From Cytophagales bacterium (GTDB lineage Bacteria; Bacteroidota; Bacteroidia; Cytophagales; JAAEPT01), in NCBI GenBank assembly GCA_965267335.1, contig OZ253953.1:1743465-1807464 (forward strand): a stretch of DNA of 64,000 nucleotides, in the 5' to 3' direction. Positions 56,795-64,000 of this stretch are shown one piece after another; within the stretch, counting starts at the first letter, position 1, and each line of letters begins with the position of its first letter. The position numbers and the translations under genes are program-made. Below the pieces are notes generated by a model that saw nothing but the letters and a program-made list of their open reading frames with translations, searched no databases and had not been told where the DNA came from.

Positions 56795-57937
56795 TTATGG
56801 AAGGCTTTGAAGACTTAGTTTCAGACTTTCCGTAAAAAGAGGCCGAATCCTTTTTAACTGCCTTTTAATACTGCGTTTATAAACTTTTGTGGTGAGTACC
56901 TCTCCGTTAGAATAAATGCTTTGCGCGACAAGTACTCCGTCAGAATAATATTTCCGGCTACCGTTTTCCCTTCCATTTGAATAATTAGAATTCATTATTT
57001 CAGAACCTGTACTGTCCTTGACTATCCATGGCCCATCTAGTATATTGTCTTTATAGGACCTTATTTCCTTCTCTACTCCATTGGGGTAATAAAAGGTCCG
57101 ATTGCCATTTAACATGTTGTTTTTGAACTCATCCCGTTTAGTTAGAATGCTGTCTTGATTAAGAAACCAGGATGGTCCATTGAGCTCACCCTCTGCATAT
57201 GTTTGATGTGTAAACTTCCCTTCTTCATAAACAAATTCTACACTGTCCTTGAGGCCGTCTTTGTACTTGCAGCTTTTTGTCAGGCGACCATTGGTCGAAT
57301 ATTCTCTTGATACTCCATTCCTTTTACCCCCTGAAAAGAAGTTGAGCGACTTGAGCTGTCCGCTGCGGTAATACTCAGCAGAGGGGCCTTGTCGTTTTCC
57401 ATTCTCAAAGTGTTCAATCTTTTTGGGAACACCATTCGGGTAAAAGGTTATTCCGGGTCCATTCAGTTTGCCATAGGAATATTTTTTTTGAATGTATATG
57501 GTGCCTGAAGAGTTGAATTCATAATAAGTACCGTGGTATTCACCATCCTCATATCGGAATTTCAGATATGGAATCTTTGTATTCTCAAAAAGAACCGCAT
57601 AGTCACCATTGGGTAAGTCATCAGGCCAGTGAAAGTAGTTTTCACAACCCAGGTTGGGTTCAATCTCAGAGAGAATAATTACACTGTCTCCCAGTATAAG
57701 TTCTTTTTTTGGTAACCCTCCATCTAAACTTATAGCATATGCACAAGCAGGTGGTCCTAGGTAATGTTTTAAAATGACCTTGGTTTCGGTAATCAGAGTG
57801 TCCAGCTTCGTCTTGCCTCTTAAGCTCTTACGGTAGTCTGTATCAGTAATCAGTTTGAAATTCTTTTCATACCATATGTCCTGTGAAAAAGCTGTGTAGG
57901 AGAAAAATACAAATATATAAGCTGCCAATATCTTCAT
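56795..57937 (-). CDS. secreted MORN-variant / YwqK-like repeat protein
   Basis: Signal peptide from the ATG at 57937. More than 8 repeats of Y..NG..K........G...G....Y..NG follow. Confidence 0.7.
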   Translation of the reverse strand: MKILAAYIFVFFSYTAFSQDIWYEKNFKLITDTDYRKSLRGKTKLDTLITETKVILKHYLGPPACAYAISLDGGLPKKELILGDSVIILSEIEPNLGCENYFHWPDDLPNGDYAVLFENTKIPYLKFRYEDGEYHGTYYEFNSSGTIYIQKKYSYGKLNGPGITFYPNGVPKKIEHFENGKRQGPSAEYYRSGQLKSLNFFSGGKRNGVSREYSTNGRLTKSCKYKDGLKDSVEFVYEEGKFTHQTYAEGELNGPSWFLNQDSILTKRDEFKNNMLNGNRTFYYPNGVEKEIRSYKDNILDGPWIVKDSTGSEIMNSNYSNGRENGSRKYYSDGVLVAQSIYSNGEVLTTKVYKRSIKRQLKRIRPLFTESLKLSLQSLP

Positions 57938-58128
57938 GTATCTCAATACAACTCTATTGTAAATAGGTTCAAGCCACTGGTAATTTTTTATACAGGTGTC
58001 CATCTTTTTCTACAGGTCAAAAAACAGGAAATAGCTATTAAGGGCACTAGAGTGGATTTTTTGACTCTTTCAATTGTGGAATGATCTTTCTATGTATAAA
58101 GGCAAATACAACTAAAACTAGAATAAAT

Positions 58129-58998
58129 ATGAAAGAAATATTAGTTCCATACGATTTTACAGAAATATCCACTAACGCATTAATCTATGCATCACGCATG
58201 GCTCAGGAGGTTGGTGGGCGAATTGTTTTACTACACATGTTAGATGATGTTTCGACTCCGGCATTTAGTGCCATGGGTGAGGGACCTCAGGCGGGCATAG
58301 AACGTCAGCGCTATATGATTGAATTGATGAAGAAGATAAAAACTGATTTTCATCGAGAGATAGAAGAGCGAGATTTGGAAAACTTTGTGAAGGGCACAAA
58401 AGTGATTGTTTCGAAGGGCCGAAAGAGTATGTCAGAACATATTAGCGATCAGGATGTAGACCTAATCGTGATGGGTACACATAAGGATAAATCTTTGTAC
58501 GAACGCTTTGCCGGAACCACAACCGAGCAGGTAATTGAAGAAGCTAAGGTACCCGTCATCGCTGTGAAGCCCGGAGATGTATTTAAGCCGATCAGAAAAA
58601 TTGTATTTGCATCTGATTTCCTAAGTATAGCTCCAGAAACCTTCGAATATCTGAAATTGATGCAGAAAGCTACTTTTGCAGAAATTGTATTCCTGTACGT
58701 GAGTACCAGTAATAACCTGGTTCCTTATGATGCGATTCATAAGCGTATGACAACTGCCTTGAAGGAATTTGACTCCGATAACTACACTCTACTGACCTTC
58801 AACGATAAACGTGTATCGGACGGTATTGTGAATGCGGTTCATAGCAATGCGGCAGATATCTTGGTGATGCAAACCAAAGGTCAGCTTGGTTTTAATGGCT
58901 TGATTTTTGGAAATACGACAGCCAAAGTGATACAGAAACTGTCGTTGCCAGTGATGGCAATCAACGATATCCATATTGGTGAAATGGCAGATTCCTAA
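58129..58998 (+). CDS. universal stress protein, tandem Usp domains
   Basis: Two Usp-like halves (ILVPYDFTE..., KIVFASDF...) carry DLIVMGTH and ILVMQTKG segments. The ATG at 58129 is preferred as the start. Confidence 0.8.
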   Translation: MKEILVPYDFTEISTNALIYASRMAQEVGGRIVLLHMLDDVSTPAFSAMGEGPQAGIERQRYMIELMKKIKTDFHREIEERDLENFVKGTKVIVSKGRKSMSEHISDQDVDLIVMGTHKDKSLYERFAGTTTEQVIEEAKVPVIAVKPGDVFKPIRKIVFASDFLSIAPETFEYLKLMQKATFAEIVFLYVSTSNNLVPYDAIHKRMTTALKEFDSDNYTLLTFNDKRVSDGIVNAVHSNAADILVMQTKGQLGFNGLIFGNTTAKVIQKLSLPVMAINDIHIGEMADS

Positions 58999-59110
58999 GA
59001 TATGGTTACCAGAATCAGAATTAAGAATCACTACATAATAGCCACCGGCTGCAGGGACCCAACCAATTAAATGAGTTTAGCACTCCCTTAATGAAGTAAA
59101 TTTAGGTTAG

Positions 59111-59151
59111 CCACAACTTCGTGACGTTGAGCACGGGGTTGTGGATTTTTT
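59111..59151 (+). terminator. intrinsic terminator after the usp gene
   Basis: CCACAAC..CGTG-loop-CACG..GTTGTGG followed by ATTTTTT. Confidence 0.7.
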
Positions 59152-59168
59152 ATATAAGTTTTCAACAA

Positions 59169-59182
59169 TTGCATGCATGCAA
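59169..59182. promoter_or_regulatory. perfect 14-bp palindrome TTGCATGCATGCAA upstream of amt
   Basis: Read directly from the sequence. It lies 62 nt upstream of the amt ATG and downstream of the usp terminator. Confidence 0.4.
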
Positions 59183-59243
59183 GAGTCTGAAACGCCTTTT
59201 TAGCTAGTTTCGTTCTTTAGTTTTAACCAAAGTAATTAACGAT

Positions 59244-60545
59244 ATGAAAAAGAAACTGGCACTACTAGCGTGCCTACTACTTGGGACTACCATGTCATTT
59301 GCACAAGGCGAGTCCGGAATTGACACCGGAGACACCTCCTGGATGTTAATTTCAACTGCCCTTGTGATGTTAATGACACCCGCAGGTTTAGCATTATTTT
59401 ATGGAGGTCTGACTCAGAACAAAAGCGTACTAAACACCATCGGTATGAGCTATGTGGCCTTTTGCACAGGCTTTGTAGTTTGGGTGCTTGTAGGGTACTC
59501 ATTGGCTTTTACAGAAGGAAATCAGTTTATAGGAACATTTGAACTGGCCATGCTGAAGGACATGAAACCTACAGATGTCACAGGAACAATGCCGAAAATG
59601 CTTGAAGTTGCCTTTCAAGGAACCTTTGCAGCCATTGCTGTAGCAATTGTAAGCGGATCTATAATCGAAAGAGTTCGTTTCTCTACCTGGGTTATATTTT
59701 CGGTGCTTTGGGTTGCACTGGTTTATGCACCTATATGTCATTGGGTATGGGGTCCTAATGAAGGTTTTCTCCATGGAGATTTAGATTTTGCTGGAGGTAC
59801 GGTCATACACGTGAACGCAGGAGTGGCGGGTCTAGTCGTTTCATTAATGTTAGGCAGAAGGCTGAACATTGATGAGGAGAGGTATCCCTCTTCAATTAAG
59901 CTTATGATTCTTGGGTCAGCTCTTTTGTGGTTCGGGTGGACTGGTTTTAACGGAGGGAGTGCTTATGGAGCAAATGGTATTGCCGCGAATGCAGTAGTAG
60001 TAACCTATCTGGCTGCTTGCGTAGGAGGTATTGTCTGGTTAACTATTGAATGGTTCATTGTTAAGAAGCCAACATTGATCGGAATAGCTTCGGGGGTCGT
60101 TTCAGGACTTGTTGGAATTACGCCAGCAGCAGGATTTGTGGATGTAAGTGGAGCTATTGTTATTGGTGTTATTTCCAGTTTAGTTGGATATTGGGGTGTT
60201 GTTAAGCTCAAAAAGTTATTAGGACATGATGATACTCTGGATGCATTTGGAATGCATGGACTTGTAGGTATTGCAGGGGCAATTTTGACCGGTGTATTGG
60301 CCAATCCGGAAATCAATCCTGATGGAACCGGAGCAATTTATGGCAATGGAGCCCAGGTCCTTTCTCAGCTGAAGTCTGTAGGCGCAACTATAGTCTATTC
60401 TGCAGTAGCTACTTTCATCACTTTTAAGATTGCCGCTCTATTTACTAATGGAGGTAGAATACACAGGAAGGTCGAGCTGGAAGGTATGGACATTGGATAT
60501 CATGGAGAAGAACAGATAAAGATTGATAAACGCAATGTTCAGTAA
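59244..60545 (+). CDS. amt: ammonium transporter
   Basis: 433 aa with a signal peptide and 11 TM helices. Conserved Amt motifs are DFAGGTVIHVNAG and DDTLDAFGMHG. Confidence 0.9.
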   Translation: MKKKLALLACLLLGTTMSFAQGESGIDTGDTSWMLISTALVMLMTPAGLALFYGGLTQNKSVLNTIGMSYVAFCTGFVVWVLVGYSLAFTEGNQFIGTFELAMLKDMKPTDVTGTMPKMLEVAFQGTFAAIAVAIVSGSIIERVRFSTWVIFSVLWVALVYAPICHWVWGPNEGFLHGDLDFAGGTVIHVNAGVAGLVVSLMLGRRLNIDEERYPSSIKLMILGSALLWFGWTGFNGGSAYGANGIAANAVVVTYLAACVGGIVWLTIEWFIVKKPTLIGIASGVVSGLVGITPAAGFVDVSGAIVIGVISSLVGYWGVVKLKKLLGHDDTLDAFGMHGLVGIAGAILTGVLANPEINPDGTGAIYGNGAQVLSQLKSVGATIVYSAVATFITFKIAALFTNGGRIHRKVELEGMDIGYHGEEQIKIDKRNVQ

Positions 60546-60568
60546 ATATTTGATTAATTGAGAAATTC

Positions 60569-60602
60569 AAAAAAAGCCATGAAATAGTTCATGGCTTTTT
60601 TG
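60569..60602 (+). terminator. intrinsic terminator after amt
   Basis: AAAAAAAGCCATGAA-ATAG-TTCATGGCTTTTTT. Confidence 0.8.
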
Positions 60603-60887
60603 TTGCGCCTCTGGCGTAAAACCTAATTTGGGAAACATCACCTTAGTTTATAATGCTGAGGCTTCCGTCCATTGCTATTTCTTTCCAAATCCATGGCTGT
60701 TGACTTAAATAAAGTGCGATTCAAGGTATTCCGTGTTGAGATTTAAAAGCCTGTTTACCGATTCTATTCTGTGCAGTCTAGGTGTTTTTACTTATATTTA
60801 ATTCTGTAGAGCAAACAACCGGAGTCATTCGATTCTTACATTTGTGTAGTTGCTGCCCGGCAACCTTAACCTTATAACCGTGATAAA

Positions 60888-63719
60888 ATGAGAAATGTAA
60901 TCTTTACCACATTAGTGATATGTGTCAGTGTAAGCGTAGTCAAGGCACAAGAAATTAAGCTGAACCAACTGGGATTTTACCCTGATGCAGAAAAGCTAGC
61001 TGTAGTACCCGAAGCGGGAGCGGGATCATTTGAAGTAGTATCAACTGATGGTACGATCACCTATTATACAGGTACGTTAGGTGCATCTAACCTTTGGTCA
61101 CACTCTGGGGAAAATGTAAGAATTGCTGATTTTAGCTCGTTCAATATCCCGGGAAGTTATAAGTTGGTAGTTACCGGTGTTGGTGAATCTCATGAATTTA
61201 TAATTTCACCCGATGTACATGATGGCCTGGCCAGAGCAGCACTAAAATCTTTCTTCTTTCAACGGGCTTCAACCTCCATTAGTGCTACTCACGGAGGGAT
61301 TTATGCCAGAAATGCCGGCCATCCGGATGATGTGGTATACATTCATGAATCGGCTGCTACTGCCAGCCGACCTGAGGGAACTCAAATATCAGCCTCAAAG
61401 GGTTGGTATGATGCTGGTGATTACAACAAGTATGTAGTTAATTCCGGGATCAGTACTTATACCTTGATGTCAGCATATGAAACCTTTCCTGTTTACTTTG
61501 ATAGCCTCGAGTTGAATATTCCGGAGTCTGGAAATGGGGTTCCTGACATTTTAGATGAAGCAAAGTGGAACCTGGATTGGTTACTTGCCATGCAGGACCC
61601 AAACGATGGAGGTGTGTACCATAAACTGACTACAACAGGGTTTTCAGGGTTTGTAATGCCAGAGGATGCTACAAATACAAGATACGTAGTTCAGAAAAGT
61701 ACCGGGGCCACCTATGACTTCGCAGCTATGATGGCTGTTGCTTACAGGATTTATAGAGAATACGAGGATGAGTTTCCTGGCTTTGCCGATCAATGTCTGA
61801 ACGCAGCTATAGATGCCTGGGAGTGGGGCCAGGCTAACCCTGGAGTGTTCTATGATCAGGCTGATCATAATACGAATTATGACCCGAATGTGTCCACTGG
61901 AGAGTATGGTGATTGGAGCTTTGCTGATGAGGAAAACTGGGCTGCGGCAGAATTATACATAGCTACAAAAGCGGACTCGTTTTATACAGATCATTTTAAT
62001 GAGTTCGATGCGGCTAATATTCCGAATTGGCAGGACGTCAGTGCACTACCCTGGATTTCATTGTATAATAATTTGGACAGCCTTACAGCAGTAGCAAATG
62101 CGGCCACAATTAATTTAAGAATAACGAATGCTGCAACTTCGTACAGGGATGAATATCAGAGCAGTGCTTATCGAATTGCAATGGGAAATAATAATTGGGA
62201 TTTTGTCTGGGGAAGTAATGGTGGGGCCGGAAATCAAGGAATGATGCTTGTTCATGCCTATCGGGTTAGTGGAGATTCGAGTTACCTGAATGCGGCCTTG
62301 TCTAATCTCGATTATCTCATTGGAAGGAATCCAACAGGGTATTCATTTGTCGCTGGATATGGGGATGAGACCCCGATGAATTTTCATCATAGAGTGTCCA
62401 GTGCCGATGGAATAGCCGAACCAGTACCCGGACTAATTGCCGGAGGTCCGCAGCCAGGCCAGGAAGATAACTGTAGTGGATACCCGTCCAATGATCGGGC
62501 GACCTCATACTTGGACTCGGAGTGTAGTTATTCAACCAATGAAGTGACCATTAACTGGAATGCTCCCCTGGTTTTTCTTTCTGGGGCTATCGAGAATTAT
62601 TTTGGTGAAGCACCTGATATCGCTCCTCTGATAACAAATCACCCGGATGACCTGGCAGTTGCCGAAGGTGGGTCAGCAAGTTTTACAGTGGCGGCTACCG
62701 GTCAGGATACACTTACCTATCAATGGCAATTTAATGGTGTAAATATCCCTGGTGCAGATAGTATAGTATTGGCAATTGCAAGTGTTACACCTGCAGATAC
62801 TGGTGCATACAGAGTGATTGTTACCAATAACCTCGGAGCCGATACCAGTAATGTAGCAACCTTAAGTATTCTGGTACAGGGACCATACAATGGTACACCA
62901 ATTGATATTCCCGGAATCGTAGAGGCAGAGGATTTTGATGAAGGAGGTGAAGGACTGGCATATCATGATAGTGATCCCGGAAATCAAGGTGGAGACTACA
63001 GGAATGAAGCCGTTGATATTTCAGGTACCGGAGATAGCGGAGGAGGATATAATGTAGGTTGGGTAAGTGATGGAGAATGGCTGGAATATACGGTTGACGT
63101 TGATTCATCAGCGTATTATTTTTTCAGATTCCGGGTAGGTACTTTTATAGCTGGAGGGCTTATAGATGTTTACTTCGATTCTGTACAAGTCATCAACAAT
63201 GTATATGTCGCAAGCACAGGAAGCTGGGTCGACTATGAAAACGTATATGTTGACAGCGTGTTTTTAAATGAAGGAGAACAGATCATGCAGCTGTTTTTTG
63301 AAAACGGCCCAGTCAATATCAATTTCGTGGATGTGTCATCAGAACCTTTTGATTGTAACGGAGAAGGAGGAGGAGAGGCCTATGTAGATTCTTGTGGAGT
63401 ATGTGCAGAAGGAAGTACAGGTGTTTCGGCACAACTGGATCCTGATAATTGTACCGTGAGCATTGATGTAATGGAGTCTATTGACGTGGTGATTTACCCT
63501 AATCCTTCAGAAGGTGAGTTTAATTTAAAATCCGATCAGCAAATTTGGGGAGTTACTCAGGTGATTGTACTCGATGTTTTCGGTCAAGAACTTGAGAAGT
63601 TTCAGTTGACAGACGGTCTTTCAAGCCTTGCATTTGGTAAAAACTATAATCCCGGATTTTATCTCGTTAAGATTGTATCTGGTTCGAACGTATTCAGTCA
63701 TACTATTGTTAAGCAGTAG
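60888..63719 (+). CDS. glycoside hydrolase family 9 endoglucanase with N-terminal Ig-like module, I-set Ig domain, CBM6-like module and T9SS C-terminal domain
   Basis: Signal peptide, then a CelD_N-like start (IKLNQLGFYP). GH9 motifs are DAGDYNKY, HHR.SS and NEVTINWNAPLVF. The C-terminal YPNPSEGEFNL...FYLVKIVSG is a sorting domain. Confidence 0.85.
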   Translation: MRNVIFTTLVICVSVSVVKAQEIKLNQLGFYPDAEKLAVVPEAGAGSFEVVSTDGTITYYTGTLGASNLWSHSGENVRIADFSSFNIPGSYKLVVTGVGESHEFIISPDVHDGLARAALKSFFFQRASTSISATHGGIYARNAGHPDDVVYIHESAATASRPEGTQISASKGWYDAGDYNKYVVNSGISTYTLMSAYETFPVYFDSLELNIPESGNGVPDILDEAKWNLDWLLAMQDPNDGGVYHKLTTTGFSGFVMPEDATNTRYVVQKSTGATYDFAAMMAVAYRIYREYEDEFPGFADQCLNAAIDAWEWGQANPGVFYDQADHNTNYDPNVSTGEYGDWSFADEENWAAAELYIATKADSFYTDHFNEFDAANIPNWQDVSALPWISLYNNLDSLTAVANAATINLRITNAATSYRDEYQSSAYRIAMGNNNWDFVWGSNGGAGNQGMMLVHAYRVSGDSSYLNAALSNLDYLIGRNPTGYSFVAGYGDETPMNFHHRVSSADGIAEPVPGLIAGGPQPGQEDNCSGYPSNDRATSYLDSECSYSTNEVTINWNAPLVFLSGAIENYFGEAPDIAPLITNHPDDLAVAEGGSASFTVAATGQDTLTYQWQFNGVNIPGADSIVLAIASVTPADTGAYRVIVTNNLGADTSNVATLSILVQGPYNGTPIDIPGIVEAEDFDEGGEGLAYHDSDPGNQGGDYRNEAVDISGTGDSGGGYNVGWVSDGEWLEYTVDVDSSAYYFFRFRVGTFIAGGLIDVYFDSVQVINNVYVASTGSWVDYENVYVDSVFLNEGEQIMQLFFENGPVNINFVDVSSEPFDCNGEGGGEAYVDSCGVCAEGSTGVSAQLDPDNCTVSIDVMESIDVVIYPNPSEGEFNLKSDQQIWGVTQVIVLDVFGQELEKFQLTDGLSSLAFGKNYNPGFYLVKIVSGSNVFSHTIVKQ

Positions 63720-63875
63720 ATGGATACTTCTAAGAAAAAAAGAACTAAGAAATCTGTTGACGCAGAAACTCAGCAAGCCTGGATAGATTTGGTGCATGGT
63801 GGTTCATGTTGTGCGTTTGATGATCCAAAAAAGGATGAAAAGGAGAAATTTCTGAAGAAATTGAAGAACCAATAA
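63720..63875 (+). CDS. possible 51-aa Lys-rich small protein (hypothetical)
   Basis: The ATG directly abuts the GH9 stop codon. The translation is MDTSKKKRTKKSVDAETQQAWIDLVHGGSCCAFDDPKKDEKEKFLKKLKNQ. It falls below the ORF-track cutoff and has no recognisable family. Confidence 0.25.
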   Translation: MDTSKKKRTKKSVDAETQQAWIDLVHGGSCCAFDDPKKDEKEKFLKKLKNQ

Positions 63876-64000
63876 TTTTTTCTTGTGCGGATTTAGCTAT
63901 CTGGTTGGTTTTCATTATTTTCATTTAAAATTTACTCACGAATACTTTTTGATTTATTTGAAGGAGCCCTTCATTACCAAATTAGTGGTGAAATTGTATT

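Overview
This is a 64 kb chromosomal segment from a Bacteroidota-type genome. The assignment rests on three proteins with type IX secretion (T9SS) C-terminal sorting domains, TAnnTTTG-type -7 promoter boxes, a long-form IspG, DUF1573/DUF2279/TamB-type envelope genes and a type A RNase P RNA. No database search or folding program was available, so every call comes from reading the ORF translations and the DNA by eye.

Most of the window is core or housekeeping: an aa3-type cytochrome oxidase accessory cluster (subunit III x2, IV, SCO, DUF420, DUF983), a giant NtrY-like sensor kinase, mlaEF, ispG, a fused 2-oxoacid dehydrogenase E1, tamB-DUF2279-Smr-rnpB, tsaD, smpB, rpsA, tRNA-Cys, amt, and GH16 and GH9 glycanases.

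No CRISPR array, transposase, integrase or prophage gene was seen. Many genes appear to use TTG or GTG starts.

The least ordinary parts are:
- **Accessory islet (about 35.7-38.0 kb), next to rnpB.** It holds a tightly coupled small-protein plus stand-alone retropepsin-like aspartic protease pair with toxin-antitoxin-like architecture. It also holds a lipoprotein plus 6-TM cassette, and each operon is preceded by a copy of the same 20-bp element.
- **T1SS-like ABC/HlyD/TolC operon.** Every catalytic motif of the ABC ATPase domain is degenerate.
- **tRNA-Cys.** A tandem duplicate of its 3' two-thirds plus terminator follows the gene, carrying a 31-nt hairpin insertion in the T-loop.
- **A 168-bp imperfect palindrome** that exactly fills a convergent intergenic gap.
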